This document shows, in pieces, positions 29,125 through 38,864 of a stretch of DNA of 50,085 nucleotides. The translations under genes were made by a program, and so were the position numbers. The DNA is from a virus. Lineage: Duplodnaviria > Caudoviricetes. How positions within the stretch are numbered: the stretch's first letter is position 1; the number at the start of each line of letters is the position of its first letter. The notes below the pieces were generated by a model, which did no database searches, was not told the origin of the DNA, and saw only the letters and a list, made by a program, of their open reading frames with translations. The DNA lies in the IMG/VR virus record IMGVR_UViG_3300034760_000061, positions 1-50,085 of that record; one strand, given 5' to 3'.

Positions 29125-29601
29125 TTACCCTGGGTCTGGTAGGTTGATGCCCTCGGCCGTCAGCCGTGAGCGGATTTTTGCGCCGACAGCGGTCGCTGCG
29201 CGCGCTGCCCTGGCGTCGAATGCTGGCCGAGCGAACGGGCGCGGCCGTGCGCCGGGGTGGTCGGCGTCGGCAACGACATAGCCCGCGATCCGGAGCGCCC
29301 CGGCGCCGCGCGGCGTGATTTTGTGCGCGCGCGTGCCAAACTCGACCATGCGCGCGTACCAAGCCTTCTTGTTGCCGATCTTGACCGACGCGGTCACGCG
29401 CCCGCCCTTGGCCTTTGTCGTGATCCTGACGCTGCGCCGCAGCGCGCCGCTGTCGACCGGAATGTTGGCCTTGATTTCTTCCTTGAACTCGTTCGCGCCG
29501 GCGCGCAGTGCGCTACGCATGACGTTCTTTTCGAACTTGGCCGAGAATTGCTGCAAAAATGCATCTAACTCCCGGCCGCCAGTGATGTTCGGATCAGCCA
29601 T
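29125..29601 (-). CDS. HK97 gp10-like neck protein
   Basis: PVDSGALRRS, YARMVEFGT, RPFARPAFD. Confidence 0.9.
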   Translation of the reverse strand: MADPNITGGRELDAFLQQFSAKFEKNVMRSALRAGANEFKEEIKANIPVDSGALRRSVRITTKAKGGRVTASVKIGNKKAWYARMVEFGTRAHKITPRGAGALRIAGYVVADADHPGARPRPFARPAFDARAARAATAVGAKIRSRLTAEGINLPDPG

Positions 29602-29941
29602 TTGAATAACCCTCCAGTTGGAACTCCGTGTGAACCCGGTCATCCAGCTGCGCCGGCCCGGCGATGATCTGCATGACCCGATCGCCGCGGCTGTGCAAGA
29701 TGACGCGCATGTCGGCAGTGACCGCCTGGGCGCCCTGCATGCGTAGCCTGGCACGCTGAACCGCCTTGCCAAGGCCGTTTTTTGTGGTTTCCGCGCGGCT
29801 CGGCAGCACGTCCTGAACGTTGGCCCAGTAGCGCACCAGCACCGGTACCCATGTTTTTGTTTCGGTGCCGTACACCGGGTCAGGCTCTCCAACAAGCTGC
29901 TCGATCGTGACCTTCTCGTCGCACTTGAAAGGGGTGGCCAT
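29594..29941 (-). CDS. head closure / head-tail adaptor
   Basis: VTIEQ...D..YG....W......WANV; VTADMRV. Confidence 0.85.
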   Translation of the reverse strand: MATPFKCDEKVTIEQLVGEPDPVYGTETKTWVPVLVRYWANVQDVLPSRAETTKNGLGKAVQRARLRMQGAQAVTADMRVILHSRGDRVMQIIAGPAQLDDRVHTEFQLEGYSNG

Positions 29942-30486
29942 CAGCTATGCACCTTCAAGCAGTCGAGCCCTCGGATAAGGTGCGGCGATTCCGGCGTCCC
30001 GGCCGGCGCGAAATACTCACGCACTTTGGCCAGGATGTAGCCCTTGAACGCCGGCGGCGTCGCGGTCTCGTCATCGCCGTAGCCACAAATCACCGTCAGA
30101 GTCACCGCCTCCGGGCTTTGCTTCGTGGCCGGCCAGGTGGCGCCCGCCGCGAGCGTCACGAACCCAGGCTCGATTGAGCGGTCGACCACATAGGCGTTTT
30201 CGCTCAGCGTCTGCACGGCACCGTCGACGTCCAGGTATTTCAGGCTGACCACTTCAACCAGCGGCGAGGAAGGCAGCGGAATCACTCCCGTAAAACTTGG
30301 CACCGTCACCTCGTACGTGCGATTGATGATCGAGCGGCCGGTGATGTGCTCAGCCTCGGCGGTCAGTGCGCGCACGCGAATTTCAATTTCCGAGTCTTGG
30401 TCGGTGCCGTTCGCACGTGCACTTGCGCGCGCATCGGCCATGGAAACCGCCAGCGGAGATAGCGGGCTGATTAGACGCGCGGCCAT
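29941..30486 (-). CDS. head-tail connector (phiE125 gp8-like)
   Basis: AEHITGRSI, LP..PL..V.S..Y.D.DG, WP, GYG. Confidence 0.88.
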   Translation of the reverse strand: MAARLISPLSPLAVSMADARASARANGTDQDSEIEIRVRALTAEAEHITGRSIINRTYEVTVPSFTGVIPLPSSPLVEVVSLKYLDVDGAVQTLSENAYVVDRSIEPGFVTLAAGATWPATKQSPEAVTLTVICGYGDDETATPPAFKGYILAKVREYFAPAGTPESPHLIRGLDCLKVHS

Positions 30487-31952
30487 CAGGTCACCCGAAC
30501 AAAACGCGCGTTGGCGAAATCGACCTGCGCGACGGCGCCTGGTGAGGTGCGAATATTGATGAAGGCGTAGGCTCCGACGACGCCCGCATTCACGACGACG
30601 CGCAGAGTTTGGAGCACGCCCTTGTAGACTTTCGTGCCAATGGCCAGCGTTTCGGTCGAGCTCGGCATGTAGTTTGCCGCGCCGCTGACGACTACGCCGC
30701 CGGTGGTGGCAAAAACCACACTGATTTCGTTGATGGTGCCGACCGACGCCGACGCCATTACCTCCACCTCCATGATCACCGTCGTACCTGCGGTCGGCGC
30801 CACCATCAGCGGGGAAAAACGGAACGTTTCAGTCGGCGCGCCCGAGCCCGAGATAGCCACACGCTGAACCTTGCCGGGGAAATCATCATTGAAACTGGCC
30901 GACCTATCCACAATCGAGCAATTGCCCGCGATGGCACCGGCAACTGCCGCGGCGGTCCAGTTCTGCGCGACCGTTCCCGTAGCGTTCAGCCCCAGCACTC
31001 CGGGCGTACCAGGCATAAACATACCGTTGCGAATCAGGTTCGTGCTGTCGCCGTTGATGCCGTTGTTGTTGAGCTGCAGGCGACGCGGCAGTTTAGGAAT
31101 TACCGCGTCGAGCTGGCGCGCGATCGCATATCCCATCTGCACGGCGCCAGCGGCGGTCGGGTGCAGCTTGGCGCCGTCGAACCAAGCCGCTACCGGCTCG
31201 CCTTGGCTGGTCGTGTTGATGTCGGTGTAGTCGAGCATGGAACGGTACAGCTCAACCAGGAAAACCCCAGGCGCGCGGGCAGCGTACGCCTGCAACCACG
31301 TGTTGCTCTCCATCATGCTGAGTAACCGCGCCTGGGTCATACCCGAAAACCCGCGCGGCGTCATGGTCCCGATAATCGGCACGATGCCAGCCCCTTGAAG
31401 TTTCGCCAAGATTGATGCGTAATTGGCTACCGTCGTGGCGCTCGGCACGTCCTGCCCAGCATCGTTCGTCCCGGCAAGGAGGAAGCAATATTGCGGGCGA
31501 TGCGCGATAACGTCCGCATCAATGCGGGCGAGGATCTGCGCCGTGGTGTTGCCGGAAACCCCAGCGTTATTGAGTAGCTCGAAACGCTGCTCCATGAAAA
31601 ATTGCGCTTGCGCCCAATAGCCCTTCGCCAGGTGCGCAGCGAACGTCGCCGAGGTCTGCGTGTTCTGGTTGGTGATCGAATCGCCGAGGATCACGATCGT
31701 TGGCGCCGGCCGCTGCAGAGGAAAAGCGCCGCCGTCGCCGTACAGACCCATGGTCCCATCTGGGTTCTTTTGAATGCGTGCCGGATAAAGCGGCGGCTGC
31801 ACCGCTGGGGCGACGTAGACAGTCCCGCCAGTAAGATCAGTGGTTGCATTAATTCCGCCGGCCAACAGCGCGGTTCCTGTCGCGTCGTCCACTGTGATAA
31901 TGGTCTGCGGGCGATGGCCCATGTACGTTGAAAGCAGGCGGATGGTCTTCAT
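30486..31952 (-). CDS. SGNH/GDSL hydrolase-domain protein within the head module
   Basis: GDSIT, NAGVSGNT, AGTND, DGAKLHP blocks; 1-nt overlaps with both neighbours. Confidence 0.9.
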   Translation of the reverse strand: MKTIRLLSTYMGHRPQTIITVDDATGTALLAGGINATTDLTGGTVYVAPAVQPPLYPARIQKNPDGTMGLYGDGGAFPLQRPAPTIVILGDSITNQNTQTSATFAAHLAKGYWAQAQFFMEQRFELLNNAGVSGNTTAQILARIDADVIAHRPQYCFLLAGTNDAGQDVPSATTVANYASILAKLQGAGIVPIIGTMTPRGFSGMTQARLLSMMESNTWLQAYAARAPGVFLVELYRSMLDYTDINTTSQGEPVAAWFDGAKLHPTAAGAVQMGYAIARQLDAVIPKLPRRLQLNNNGINGDSTNLIRNGMFMPGTPGVLGLNATGTVAQNWTAAAVAGAIAGNCSIVDRSASFNDDFPGKVQRVAISGSGAPTETFRFSPLMVAPTAGTTVIMEVEVMASASVGTINEISVVFATTGGVVVSGAANYMPSSTETLAIGTKVYKGVLQTLRVVVNAGVVGAYAFINIRTSPGAVAQVDFANARFVRVT

Positions 31953-32236
31953 TATTTGGCCTTCGATTTGCTGGTTTTGTTCATCGGCGCATCGGCCATC
32001 TTGTTTTCATGCTCGTCGGTCATCTTGGTGCCGCGCTCGATCGTTTCGGTGTCGCCGGCGGCCAGCGCAGTCGCGACTTCCGGCGCCAGGAGCGGGGTGT
32101 CTTCGACGATCTCGACCAGGCCCGCTTTCTCCAGATCGCGCGCCTCGACCAGCTCGATCGTTTCGGTGTCGCCGGCGGCCATGCTCAGGCGCCCATGCGA
32201 GAACTGATCGCGCGCCAGGATTTTCGTTGTTGCCAT
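31952..32236 (-). CDS. small capsid-adjacent protein
   Basis: GGAG RBS; internal duplication AAGDTETIE; C-terminal ENKM..AP.NK. Confidence 0.75.
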   Translation of the reverse strand: MATTKILARDQFSHGRLSMAAGDTETIELVEARDLEKAGLVEIVEDTPLLAPEVATALAAGDTETIERGTKMTDEHENKMADAPMNKTSKSKAK

Positions 32237-32285
32237 GTCGTTCTCCAGGTGTCCGGCGGCCGTGTGGCGCCGCCGGCGGGGTTGA

Positions 32286-33452
32286 TTACGCCAGCGCGCC
32301 TTTGACGAACGCTTCGGGACGGTTGACCACCAGGGCCAGGCGCTCCTCGATCAGGATCGTGATGAGGTTGTTGACGAAGTCGTCTTCGTTCTCGGTGGCG
32401 ATTGCAACCGAGGCGAGCAGGCGGTCGAAGATCTGCGCACCCATGCGGAAGGCGCCGGCCAGGAAGGTGGCGATGGACATGGCCTGCGTGGTCACGACAG
32501 GGCGGCCCCACAGCGTCGGCGAGAGCGTGCCTTGCGGGTTGCCGATGATGTACCGGCTCGTGGCGTCCTTCAGCAGCTCGATAGCCGCCCAGTTCGACGG
32601 ATGCAGCACCAGGCCATCCGATGGGTATTCAGCCAACTCCGCTTGCAACAGCGCCAGACGCAGGATGTCGATGTGAGTGGCGTTGGCGATGGTGATCGGG
32701 GCGACATAGGCAGACGCCTGGGTGTAAAGACCGTTCAGGTTATTGCCGACGCCCGAGCCCTTGAGCAGCTGGTTTTCTTCGATCAAGCGCAGGCCGTAAG
32801 TCAGGCGCTCGTCGATGTACGATTGCAGTGCCGGGAAGTCGTCCAGAATTTCGGTTGATGCCTTCATGAAATGTGCCAGCTTCACCACAGGCGCGGTGGA
32901 TTGTGCCAATACGAGGCTCGATTCCGGCTTGCGCGCGCCCTCGGCCACCGGCGCCGCGTTGTTGGTAAAGCCAGTTTCCTTCATGTAGGTGAGCATGTTG
33001 GAGGCTGTGCGACCAGGCGCAACCAGGTCGCGGACCGTCAGACGGCGCTGCGGCTGGGTGAGGACGCCTGGCTGACGGTCGGCGAGCACGCCGGCGCCGG
33101 TGCTGGTGGTGGTGATCGCCTTGGCTTCGATATCCACGCTGATGCGGCCACCTTTGCGGCCCAGTTCACCAGCTGCATGCGCCTTCTTGAACGCGTCGTT
33201 TTCCACGAACTGCGCGCCCAGCGACTTGACACCTTGCGCCTGTTCGGTCTGACGGCGTGCGGCCTTCTGTTCCAGATCGGCCACCTGAGTGATCAGATCG
33301 CCTTGCTTGACCAGCATTTCGTCGACGGTCTGCTTGACGCCTTCGGTCATGGCGATGCCTCGCTGTGCTTCGGTCAAGGCTTTCTGGCCATGCTCCTTGA
33401 GCTGGTCGCTAATTTTTGCCAGTTCCTGCTTTACTTCGGTTTCGGTAGCCAT
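32286..33452 (-). CDS. major capsid protein, HK97 fold
   Basis: Delta-domain coiled coil; VAEGARKPES, KLAH, EENQLLKGSG, LWGRPV, EERLAL.V.RPEAF. Confidence 0.97.
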   Translation of the reverse strand: MATETEVKQELAKISDQLKEHGQKALTEAQRGIAMTEGVKQTVDEMLVKQGDLITQVADLEQKAARRQTEQAQGVKSLGAQFVENDAFKKAHAAGELGRKGGRISVDIEAKAITTTSTGAGVLADRQPGVLTQPQRRLTVRDLVAPGRTASNMLTYMKETGFTNNAAPVAEGARKPESSLVLAQSTAPVVKLAHFMKASTEILDDFPALQSYIDERLTYGLRLIEENQLLKGSGVGNNLNGLYTQASAYVAPITIANATHIDILRLALLQAELAEYPSDGLVLHPSNWAAIELLKDATSRYIIGNPQGTLSPTLWGRPVVTTQAMSIATFLAGAFRMGAQIFDRLLASVAIATENEDDFVNNLITILIEERLALVVNRPEAFVKGALA

Positions 33453-33518
33453 TTTTTGTTCCTAAAATAGAAAAGGCCCGCGAGTGGCGGGCCTTATTGA
33501 GGGAGGGTGAAACGGGGA

Positions 33519-34178
33519 TTACGGAATGCTGAAACCCTTCAACAGGGCCAGCGTGTCGCCAAGATCGCCCTCGGCCTCACACCGAGCAAGCAGTTTCGAC
33601 AGGCCACTGCCGGCGATGGCCTTGGCCTGCGTTCGGGAAAAGCCACCTGCATCGCACAGGAACTTTTCGAATTCGGGGAGGGTCGGCATGCGGCCGGCTT
33701 CGAGCAGGCTCTTGACGTCGGCCACGCGCGCGTCGTCATTCATCGGGTTCGTGACCACGCTGATTTCGACCAAGTCGAGCTTCTGCAGGGTGTAGACGCC
33801 GGTGTCTTTGTTGACGCTGTAGTCTTTAACGCGGTACCCGATCGACAGGCCGGTGATCGTCTTCGTGCTCATGCCCTTGTGAGCCAAGCGTGCGTACGGC
33901 GCATCATCCAGCCACAGGGAGGCTTCTCCAAGCAGGCCGTGGTCGTCCTCTTTCAAGTCCTCCCACGCGCCGATCGGCTGATCGGGCTGGTGCTGCCACA
34001 GCACCGGAACCGTGCGGCCCGACTTCTGCCACTTGCCCAGGCTTTCCGCGAACGCGCCGGGGGCAACGATATCGCCACCCTTGTCGACGACGTTGAACAC
34101 CGAGCCGTAGCCGGAAAAGCTGCCCTTATCGGTCAGGCTTTTCAGCTCCAGATCAATCGATTTGTGGAGGATTTGCAT
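33519..34178 (-). CDS. HK97-family prohead protease
   Basis: FSGYGSVF..VD...D, LWQH, GLSIGY, LVEISVVT.P.N. Confidence 0.95.
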   Translation of the reverse strand: MQILHKSIDLELKSLTDKGSFSGYGSVFNVVDKGGDIVAPGAFAESLGKWQKSGRTVPVLWQHQPDQPIGAWEDLKEDDHGLLGEASLWLDDAPYARLAHKGMSTKTITGLSIGYRVKDYSVNKDTGVYTLQKLDLVEISVVTNPMNDDARVADVKSLLEAGRMPTLPEFEKFLCDAGGFSRTQAKAIAGSGLSKLLARCEAEGDLGDTLALLKGFSIP

Positions 34179-35493
34179 CGTCGTTTTCCTTGATTCCAAG
34201 CCAGGTCAACATGGCTGATTTCGCCGCCTGCGCGGTGGTTGTGATTTTTCCGAGCATTGTGAGCGGCACTAAATTGCTCTGAATGACGAGCACGTCTCCG
34301 CCTTCCAGTGGCGGATCGTTCTCTAGTGCGCGGCACTCGTTCGGGGTCTTGATGCTGTTCTGGATCGCGTGCGCATACACTTGGAACCGGGTCACGCTGT
34401 CGCCGCGCAGCAGCCCCTCGACGCTGTATTCCGAGAAGTAGCGCGCGCGCTCGGCCGGCTTCATCAGCGATTTCTTGATGCCTTGCTCGATCCGGACCAT
34501 GTACGCACGCAGCACGTACTGGATCAGGTTCAGATTGATCTGCTCTCGCCCGGTGCCCCAGTTCGATACGGCGGTGCCATGGCCGATCATCGACGGCGGC
34601 ATGCCGAACCAGCGGCACAGGTCTTCCACGCTGAACGAGCGTGTCTCAAGCATCTGCGCGTCGGCTGGGTGCATCGACAGCTGCGTGAACTCTGTCGCCC
34701 CCTCGAGCAGCATCATGTTGCCGGTGCGGTCATCGCCGAACACCGCCCCCATTACCTTTCCCTTCGCCTGCTCGCGCTGGGCCGGGTCAAGATAGTCCTT
34801 CATCGTGAGCACGCCGGACAAGCGCATGCCCTTACCAAACGTGTTGGCTGATGCAGTTTCGGCCGCCGTGGCGCCGCACATCGACCGCCAGCCAGCCGTA
34901 ATCGGGGAAATGCCCATCAGGCCATCGGTGCCGAAGCCCTTGATGTGCCAGATTTCACCCTCGGTGAATTCCTGCGCGCCACGAGGGTCTGCGTAGCGGT
35001 AGCTCACCGCACCATCGAGACCGCGGCGAACGGTCATCAGGGCCGGGTTCAGCGGGTCCAGCGCCACGATGCGGCCGGCGGCGCCGTAGCTTTTCAGGCA
35101 GTACGCATTCCCCCACAGGCAAATCTGCGATACCACCGCTTCCCAGAACTCGACCGCCGTCATGTCAGCGTTCGGCGAATCGTGCAGCAGGTAGTACAGC
35201 GGGTGCTCGCGCGCCACTACTCGGATTTCGCGCCCATTCACAACCTTGCGCTCGTAAGTAATCAGCGGCAGCGTGGCGATCGTTTCCGCGATCAGGCGCA
35301 CGCACGACCAGACCACCGACAGTTGCAGCGCCGCGTTCACGCCTGGCGTGCCGTTGCGCACGTCGCCGTGGTTGATCGAGATGTCCTTGTTTGCGTCGCG
35401 CACGCCACGATAGGCGACCGCGTCCCGGATCGAGAAGTACACGCTTTTGAGCACCACGCCACCGGCCGCCGCTGCCTTGCTGAATAATTTCAT
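34153..35493 (-). CDS. HK97-family portal protein
   Basis: VWSCVRLIAETIATLP, H.L..LL...PN, GNAY, DAQMLETR, TPNE.R..EN.PP..GGD. Confidence 0.96.
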   Translation of the reverse strand: MKLFSKAAAAGGVVLKSVYFSIRDAVAYRGVRDANKDISINHGDVRNGTPGVNAALQLSVVWSCVRLIAETIATLPLITYERKVVNGREIRVVAREHPLYYLLHDSPNADMTAVEFWEAVVSQICLWGNAYCLKSYGAAGRIVALDPLNPALMTVRRGLDGAVSYRYADPRGAQEFTEGEIWHIKGFGTDGLMGISPITAGWRSMCGATAAETASANTFGKGMRLSGVLTMKDYLDPAQREQAKGKVMGAVFGDDRTGNMMLLEGATEFTQLSMHPADAQMLETRSFSVEDLCRWFGMPPSMIGHGTAVSNWGTGREQINLNLIQYVLRAYMVRIEQGIKKSLMKPAERARYFSEYSVEGLLRGDSVTRFQVYAHAIQNSIKTPNECRALENDPPLEGGDVLVIQSNLVPLTMLGKITTTAQAAKSAMLTWLGIKENDDANPPQID

Positions 35494-35496
35494 GCG

Positions 35497-37083
35497 CTAT
35501 TGGTCCAAAAGATAGTCGTCAAGGGATCCTCCCTGCTGGGTTTCGGCCTGGGGCATGACGCCCACCGCCATGGCCAGCGCCACCATGCCGTCGATCCGGC
35601 CGCGCGCCGTGCGCTTGTCGAACTTTCTCGCGCCGCTGTCGCCCACCACCTTGGCATTCGCGCAGCACATGTTGAGTACCGGGTGTGAGCCGTGGCGCAG
35701 TTGCGCATTCAGCAAGCGCACTTCCAAGTCGCGCAGCGCCGGCGTCATGCTGGCCGTACCCTGGCCGAACTCGACAAACCGCTCCAGTTCCGCCTCAGAA
35801 AACCCAGCTTTCACCAGCCAGGGCTTCAAAAATTTCATGTTGTAGCGATCAAAGCCCATCGCCTGCACGTCGAACCGGTCGAAGAAGCCGCGCAAATACT
35901 CGGCCAAAAACTCGTATTCGATCGCCTTGCCTGGCGTCGTATTGAGGAATCCCTGCTTCTCCCACAGGTCGTAAGGCACCTTGTCCTTGCGGGACTTCTC
36001 CACCAGCCCATGTTTCGGCAGCCAGAACGACGGATGCACGCCCCCCGACTCGTCTACGCCTACAAGCGCGGTTAAATCGTTGACGCTCGACAGGTCGAGG
36101 CCGGCCCACACCTTCATACCGGCCGCATCGCCCGGCGCCGCGCTGTTCGATTCCCAAGTCGACCGCGCGACGAAGGGCGCTACCGCCTCGACGCGCTGGT
36201 TCAGGATCAGGTTCCGAAATTCCGGCTCGTTGGCCGGCATGTCCATCGCCTGCTTGCACTGCTTGGCCACGTCCGCAAGCGACCGGAAGATGCCGAGCGC
36301 CGGGTTCGCCGCGGCCCAGGCCTTCCGATCGTCAAGCTGGCAATCAGCCGGCGCCGCGTAGACGTGGCACACCACGCGGGGGTCAGGCGCGCTCGTCTGC
36401 GCATCGATCCAAGTCGAGAACAGGTCAGCGTCGGTCGGCGCCTGCGTGCTGATCGCAATCAGCAGCGGGTTGCTGTACGCGCCCTGGGCCGACGTGATGG
36501 CCGACACGAACTTGTCGGTAGGCCCGATGATCTGCCCGACCTCATCGAGGATGGCCAGGATCGGCGACAGGCCGTGCGCCGTCTTGCCTTCTGCGGACAG
36601 CGCCCGGTACAGGACGTTGCGCGCCAGGCCGATCAGACGCTTGCCGCTGGGCTGAACACGAACCAGCTTCGACAGAACCTCGCTCATTTCGATCATCTTG
36701 CGGGCCAGCTCGAACACCACTGCCGCCTGCTCCTTCGACTGGGCGCCGCTGATGATCTGCGAATTGCGCACCGCTTCGGGTCCGACCAGGTGCGCCAGAA
36801 GGATCGCGCCGATCAGCGCCGTCTTGCCGTTTTTCCGCGCAATCGACAGGTAGGCGCTATGCGTGCCGACCGGGTTGTCGTAAATTTCAAGGATGAACTT
36901 ACGCTGGAAGTGCTCAAGCCGAATCGGCTTGCCGATGTGGTCACCCTCGGGCGCCAGGCAATACCGTTCGATGAATGCACAGACCTTTTCGCCACGGGTC
37001 AGCGGCTTCTTGGTGCAGTATTTGTCGTCCGTGTCGATCGCTGGAGGCTTTGCCGCTGCTGCCTTACGTGGCGAGGAGGCCAT
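35497..37083 (-). CDS. terL: terminase large subunit
   Basis: ARKNGKT Walker A, ILDE Walker B, GLDLS, RIDGMVAL.MA. Confidence 0.97.
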   Translation of the reverse strand: MASSPRKAAAAKPPAIDTDDKYCTKKPLTRGEKVCAFIERYCLAPEGDHIGKPIRLEHFQRKFILEIYDNPVGTHSAYLSIARKNGKTALIGAILLAHLVGPEAVRNSQIISGAQSKEQAAVVFELARKMIEMSEVLSKLVRVQPSGKRLIGLARNVLYRALSAEGKTAHGLSPILAILDEVGQIIGPTDKFVSAITSAQGAYSNPLLIAISTQAPTDADLFSTWIDAQTSAPDPRVVCHVYAAPADCQLDDRKAWAAANPALGIFRSLADVAKQCKQAMDMPANEPEFRNLILNQRVEAVAPFVARSTWESNSAAPGDAAGMKVWAGLDLSSVNDLTALVGVDESGGVHPSFWLPKHGLVEKSRKDKVPYDLWEKQGFLNTTPGKAIEYEFLAEYLRGFFDRFDVQAMGFDRYNMKFLKPWLVKAGFSEAELERFVEFGQGTASMTPALRDLEVRLLNAQLRHGSHPVLNMCCANAKVVGDSGARKFDKRTARGRIDGMVALAMAVGVMPQAETQQGGSLDDYLLDQ

Positions 37084-37540
37084 CGCCTTCCTCTTCCAAT
37101 TCCTCTCGCAGCTTGCGCGACTGCCGCTCGACTTTGCGCTTGCCCATCAGATCGCGGGTATCGCCAGCGACCCGGCCGCCCAGGCGCAGTGTCCGCATCA
37201 GCGCCATCTCGCGCCGGGCCAGCTGCTCCATCACCGTCGTGCGCGGATTCATCACCGGCGTGCCGCGATCGTTCTTGATCACGCGCCCCTCGCAGCGCAA
37301 CGCGTCGTCTTCCTCTGCGATGTCGGCCTGGCACTGCGCCAGCTGCGCGGCCACCACTAAATCCACATCAGTCCACTCGTCTCGCGTACGCGCGCGCACA
37401 ACGCCGGCCCAAAATGGTACCGCCGATGCGGTCAGCGTCACGTAATCGGGCACTGCGAGGTCGGGCTGTGCCGCGTCGACCATGGCCTTGACGGCGCTGG
37501 CGGCAGAATCGGCCCTTGTCCGTTTGGTCTTGGTCGTCAT
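37064..37540 (-). CDS. terS: terminase small subunit
   Basis: EGRVI.N.RG..V.NP...L.L motif; upstream of terL. Confidence 0.85.
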   Translation of the reverse strand: MTTKTKRTRADSAASAVKAMVDAAQPDLAVPDYVTLTASAVPFWAGVVRARTRDEWTDVDLVVAAQLAQCQADIAEEDDALRCEGRVIKNDRGTPVMNPRTTVMEQLARREMALMRTLRLGGRVAGDTRDLMGKRKVERQSRKLREELEEEGDGLLAT

Positions 37541-37544
37541 GTTT

Positions 37545-37635
37545 CCCCGGCGTTTTGTGGGTTAGCGTTAAATCGAAGGGTGAGCGCGGTCCCGTAAGGG
37601 GCATTCCCCCGAGGTTTTAACCCGCCCTCCCCTGC
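37545..37635 (-). other. probable cos packaging region
   Basis: Minus strand GGGGAGGGCGGGTTAAAA...GGACCGCG immediately upstream of terS, as in HNH-dependent cos phages. Confidence 0.5.
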
Positions 37636-37673
37636 TACAATATTGCATTTAAATCAATTAAAGGAGGATGTAA

Positions 37674-38228
37674 ATGACTAGCTCGCCTGGCCCTGAATCC
37701 AGTACGCGCGCTGCAATGCGTCGTATCGGAAAAGACCCGCTCTTTTGGTATGTGTACGGCATTTTCGGCATTGGACTTACCGCGCTTCTTTTTGCCATTT
37801 ACGCTTACGTAGAGCACTTTGGCTCGGTGTTTGATTCCGATCAGGAAGGATGGGGACAGTTCGGTGACTACCTCGGGGGCACGCTGAACCCATTGCTATC
37901 GTTCCTGTCGCTGGTCCTGTTCGTGATCAGCCTGCTGAGTCAACGCCTTGAACTGAAAGAGGCCCGTGAACAAATGGCAGAGCAGGCAAAGGAAAACGCA
38001 ACCTCGGCCCACTTGAACGCGCTGTCGACCGCACTCGACGCAACAAACGCAATGATTGCTACGCCATTTAGCATGACTGCCGGCCGTGATCGTTTTATGC
38101 ACGAGACTGCGGTACTGCGCCGCGAGGCGATCTTGAAAGAAATTCTGACTACAGTTGATGTCAGCGTCCCGCTCTATACAGAAGAAGTCGAGGAATCAGA
38201 GGCGGGAGCGGAAGGCCAGCCGTCCTGA
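37674..38228 (+). CDS. membrane moron (GQFGDYxGG..NP motif, putative Abi-like family)
   Basis: AAAGGAGG RBS; extended -10 TGcTACAAT at 37633-37641; two TMs then coiled coil; antisense to the late operon. Confidence 0.75.
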   Translation: MTSSPGPESSTRAAMRRIGKDPLFWYVYGIFGIGLTALLFAIYAYVEHFGSVFDSDQEGWGQFGDYLGGTLNPLLSFLSLVLFVISLLSQRLELKEAREQMAEQAKENATSAHLNALSTALDATNAMIATPFSMTAGRDRFMHETAVLRREAILKEILTTVDVSVPLYTEEVEESEAGAEGQPS

Positions 38229-38527
38229 CCAAAGGCGACCCTCTCCCTTTTTGTCTTCCCCTGCTCTGCTTCGGTCTTCACCTCGTGGCACGGTGCGCAG
38301 ATCGCCTGAAGGTTGCTGGGGTCGTCTGTGCGTGCGTCAGACCACCGCAGCGCCGCGCACTTGGCCTTGCTGATGATGTGGTCGACCGCGTAAGCGATGA
38401 CGCCGTAGCGGCCCGCCTTGAGGCAGACTTGGCACAGGCCGCCGTCCCGCTCCATCACTACCTTGCGGACTCGGTCCCATGCTGCGCCGTAGCCGCGCTC
38501 TTGGCGGGATAACTTAGACCAAGCCAT
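38174..38527 (-). CDS. terminase-associated HNH endonuclease
   Basis: RGYG..W...R..V..RD..LCQVC, VDHI, NLQAICAPCH..KT. Confidence 0.93.
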   Translation of the reverse strand: MAWSKLSRQERGYGAAWDRVRKVVMERDGGLCQVCLKAGRYGVIAYAVDHIISKAKCAALRWSDARTDDPSNLQAICAPCHEVKTEAEQGKTKRERVAFGQDGWPSAPASDSSTSSV

Positions 38528-38603
38528 GCGGGGAACCTCTCAAACAGAATAATCTTCGTCGCAGACCCGCGGATATTTTTTAATAATTCCGCAATGAACC
38601 GAG

Positions 38604-38864
38604 TCAGACGGAACAATCAATGGTCGCTCCATCAGTCACCACCCGACTTGGAGGCGGAAGAGGCGCAGGGGGGTGCATGCCTGCGCGCGGCCCAGTTGGC
38701 GACCATATCGTCTGCTGCCGACTTACCCCGCGCGGCCACACAACCGCTGGGATGTGCGCGCCGCACGGGCAATTCCTCTCTGCTGTGACGTCAGCAGGAT
38801 GGGCGCCAAGCCCTACCATCCAACGGTGGCCGAAGATGGCACACTTGATGCGGCGCCAGTTCAT
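38604..38864 (-). CDS. small phage protein (C.IFGH.W type)
   Basis: MNWRRIKCAIFGHRW...CPCG; ATGA-coupled. Confidence 0.55.
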   Translation of the reverse strand: MNWRRIKCAIFGHRWMVGLGAHPADVTAERNCPCGAHIPAVVWPRGVSRQQTIWSPTGPRAGMHPPAPLPPPSRVVTDGATIDCSV

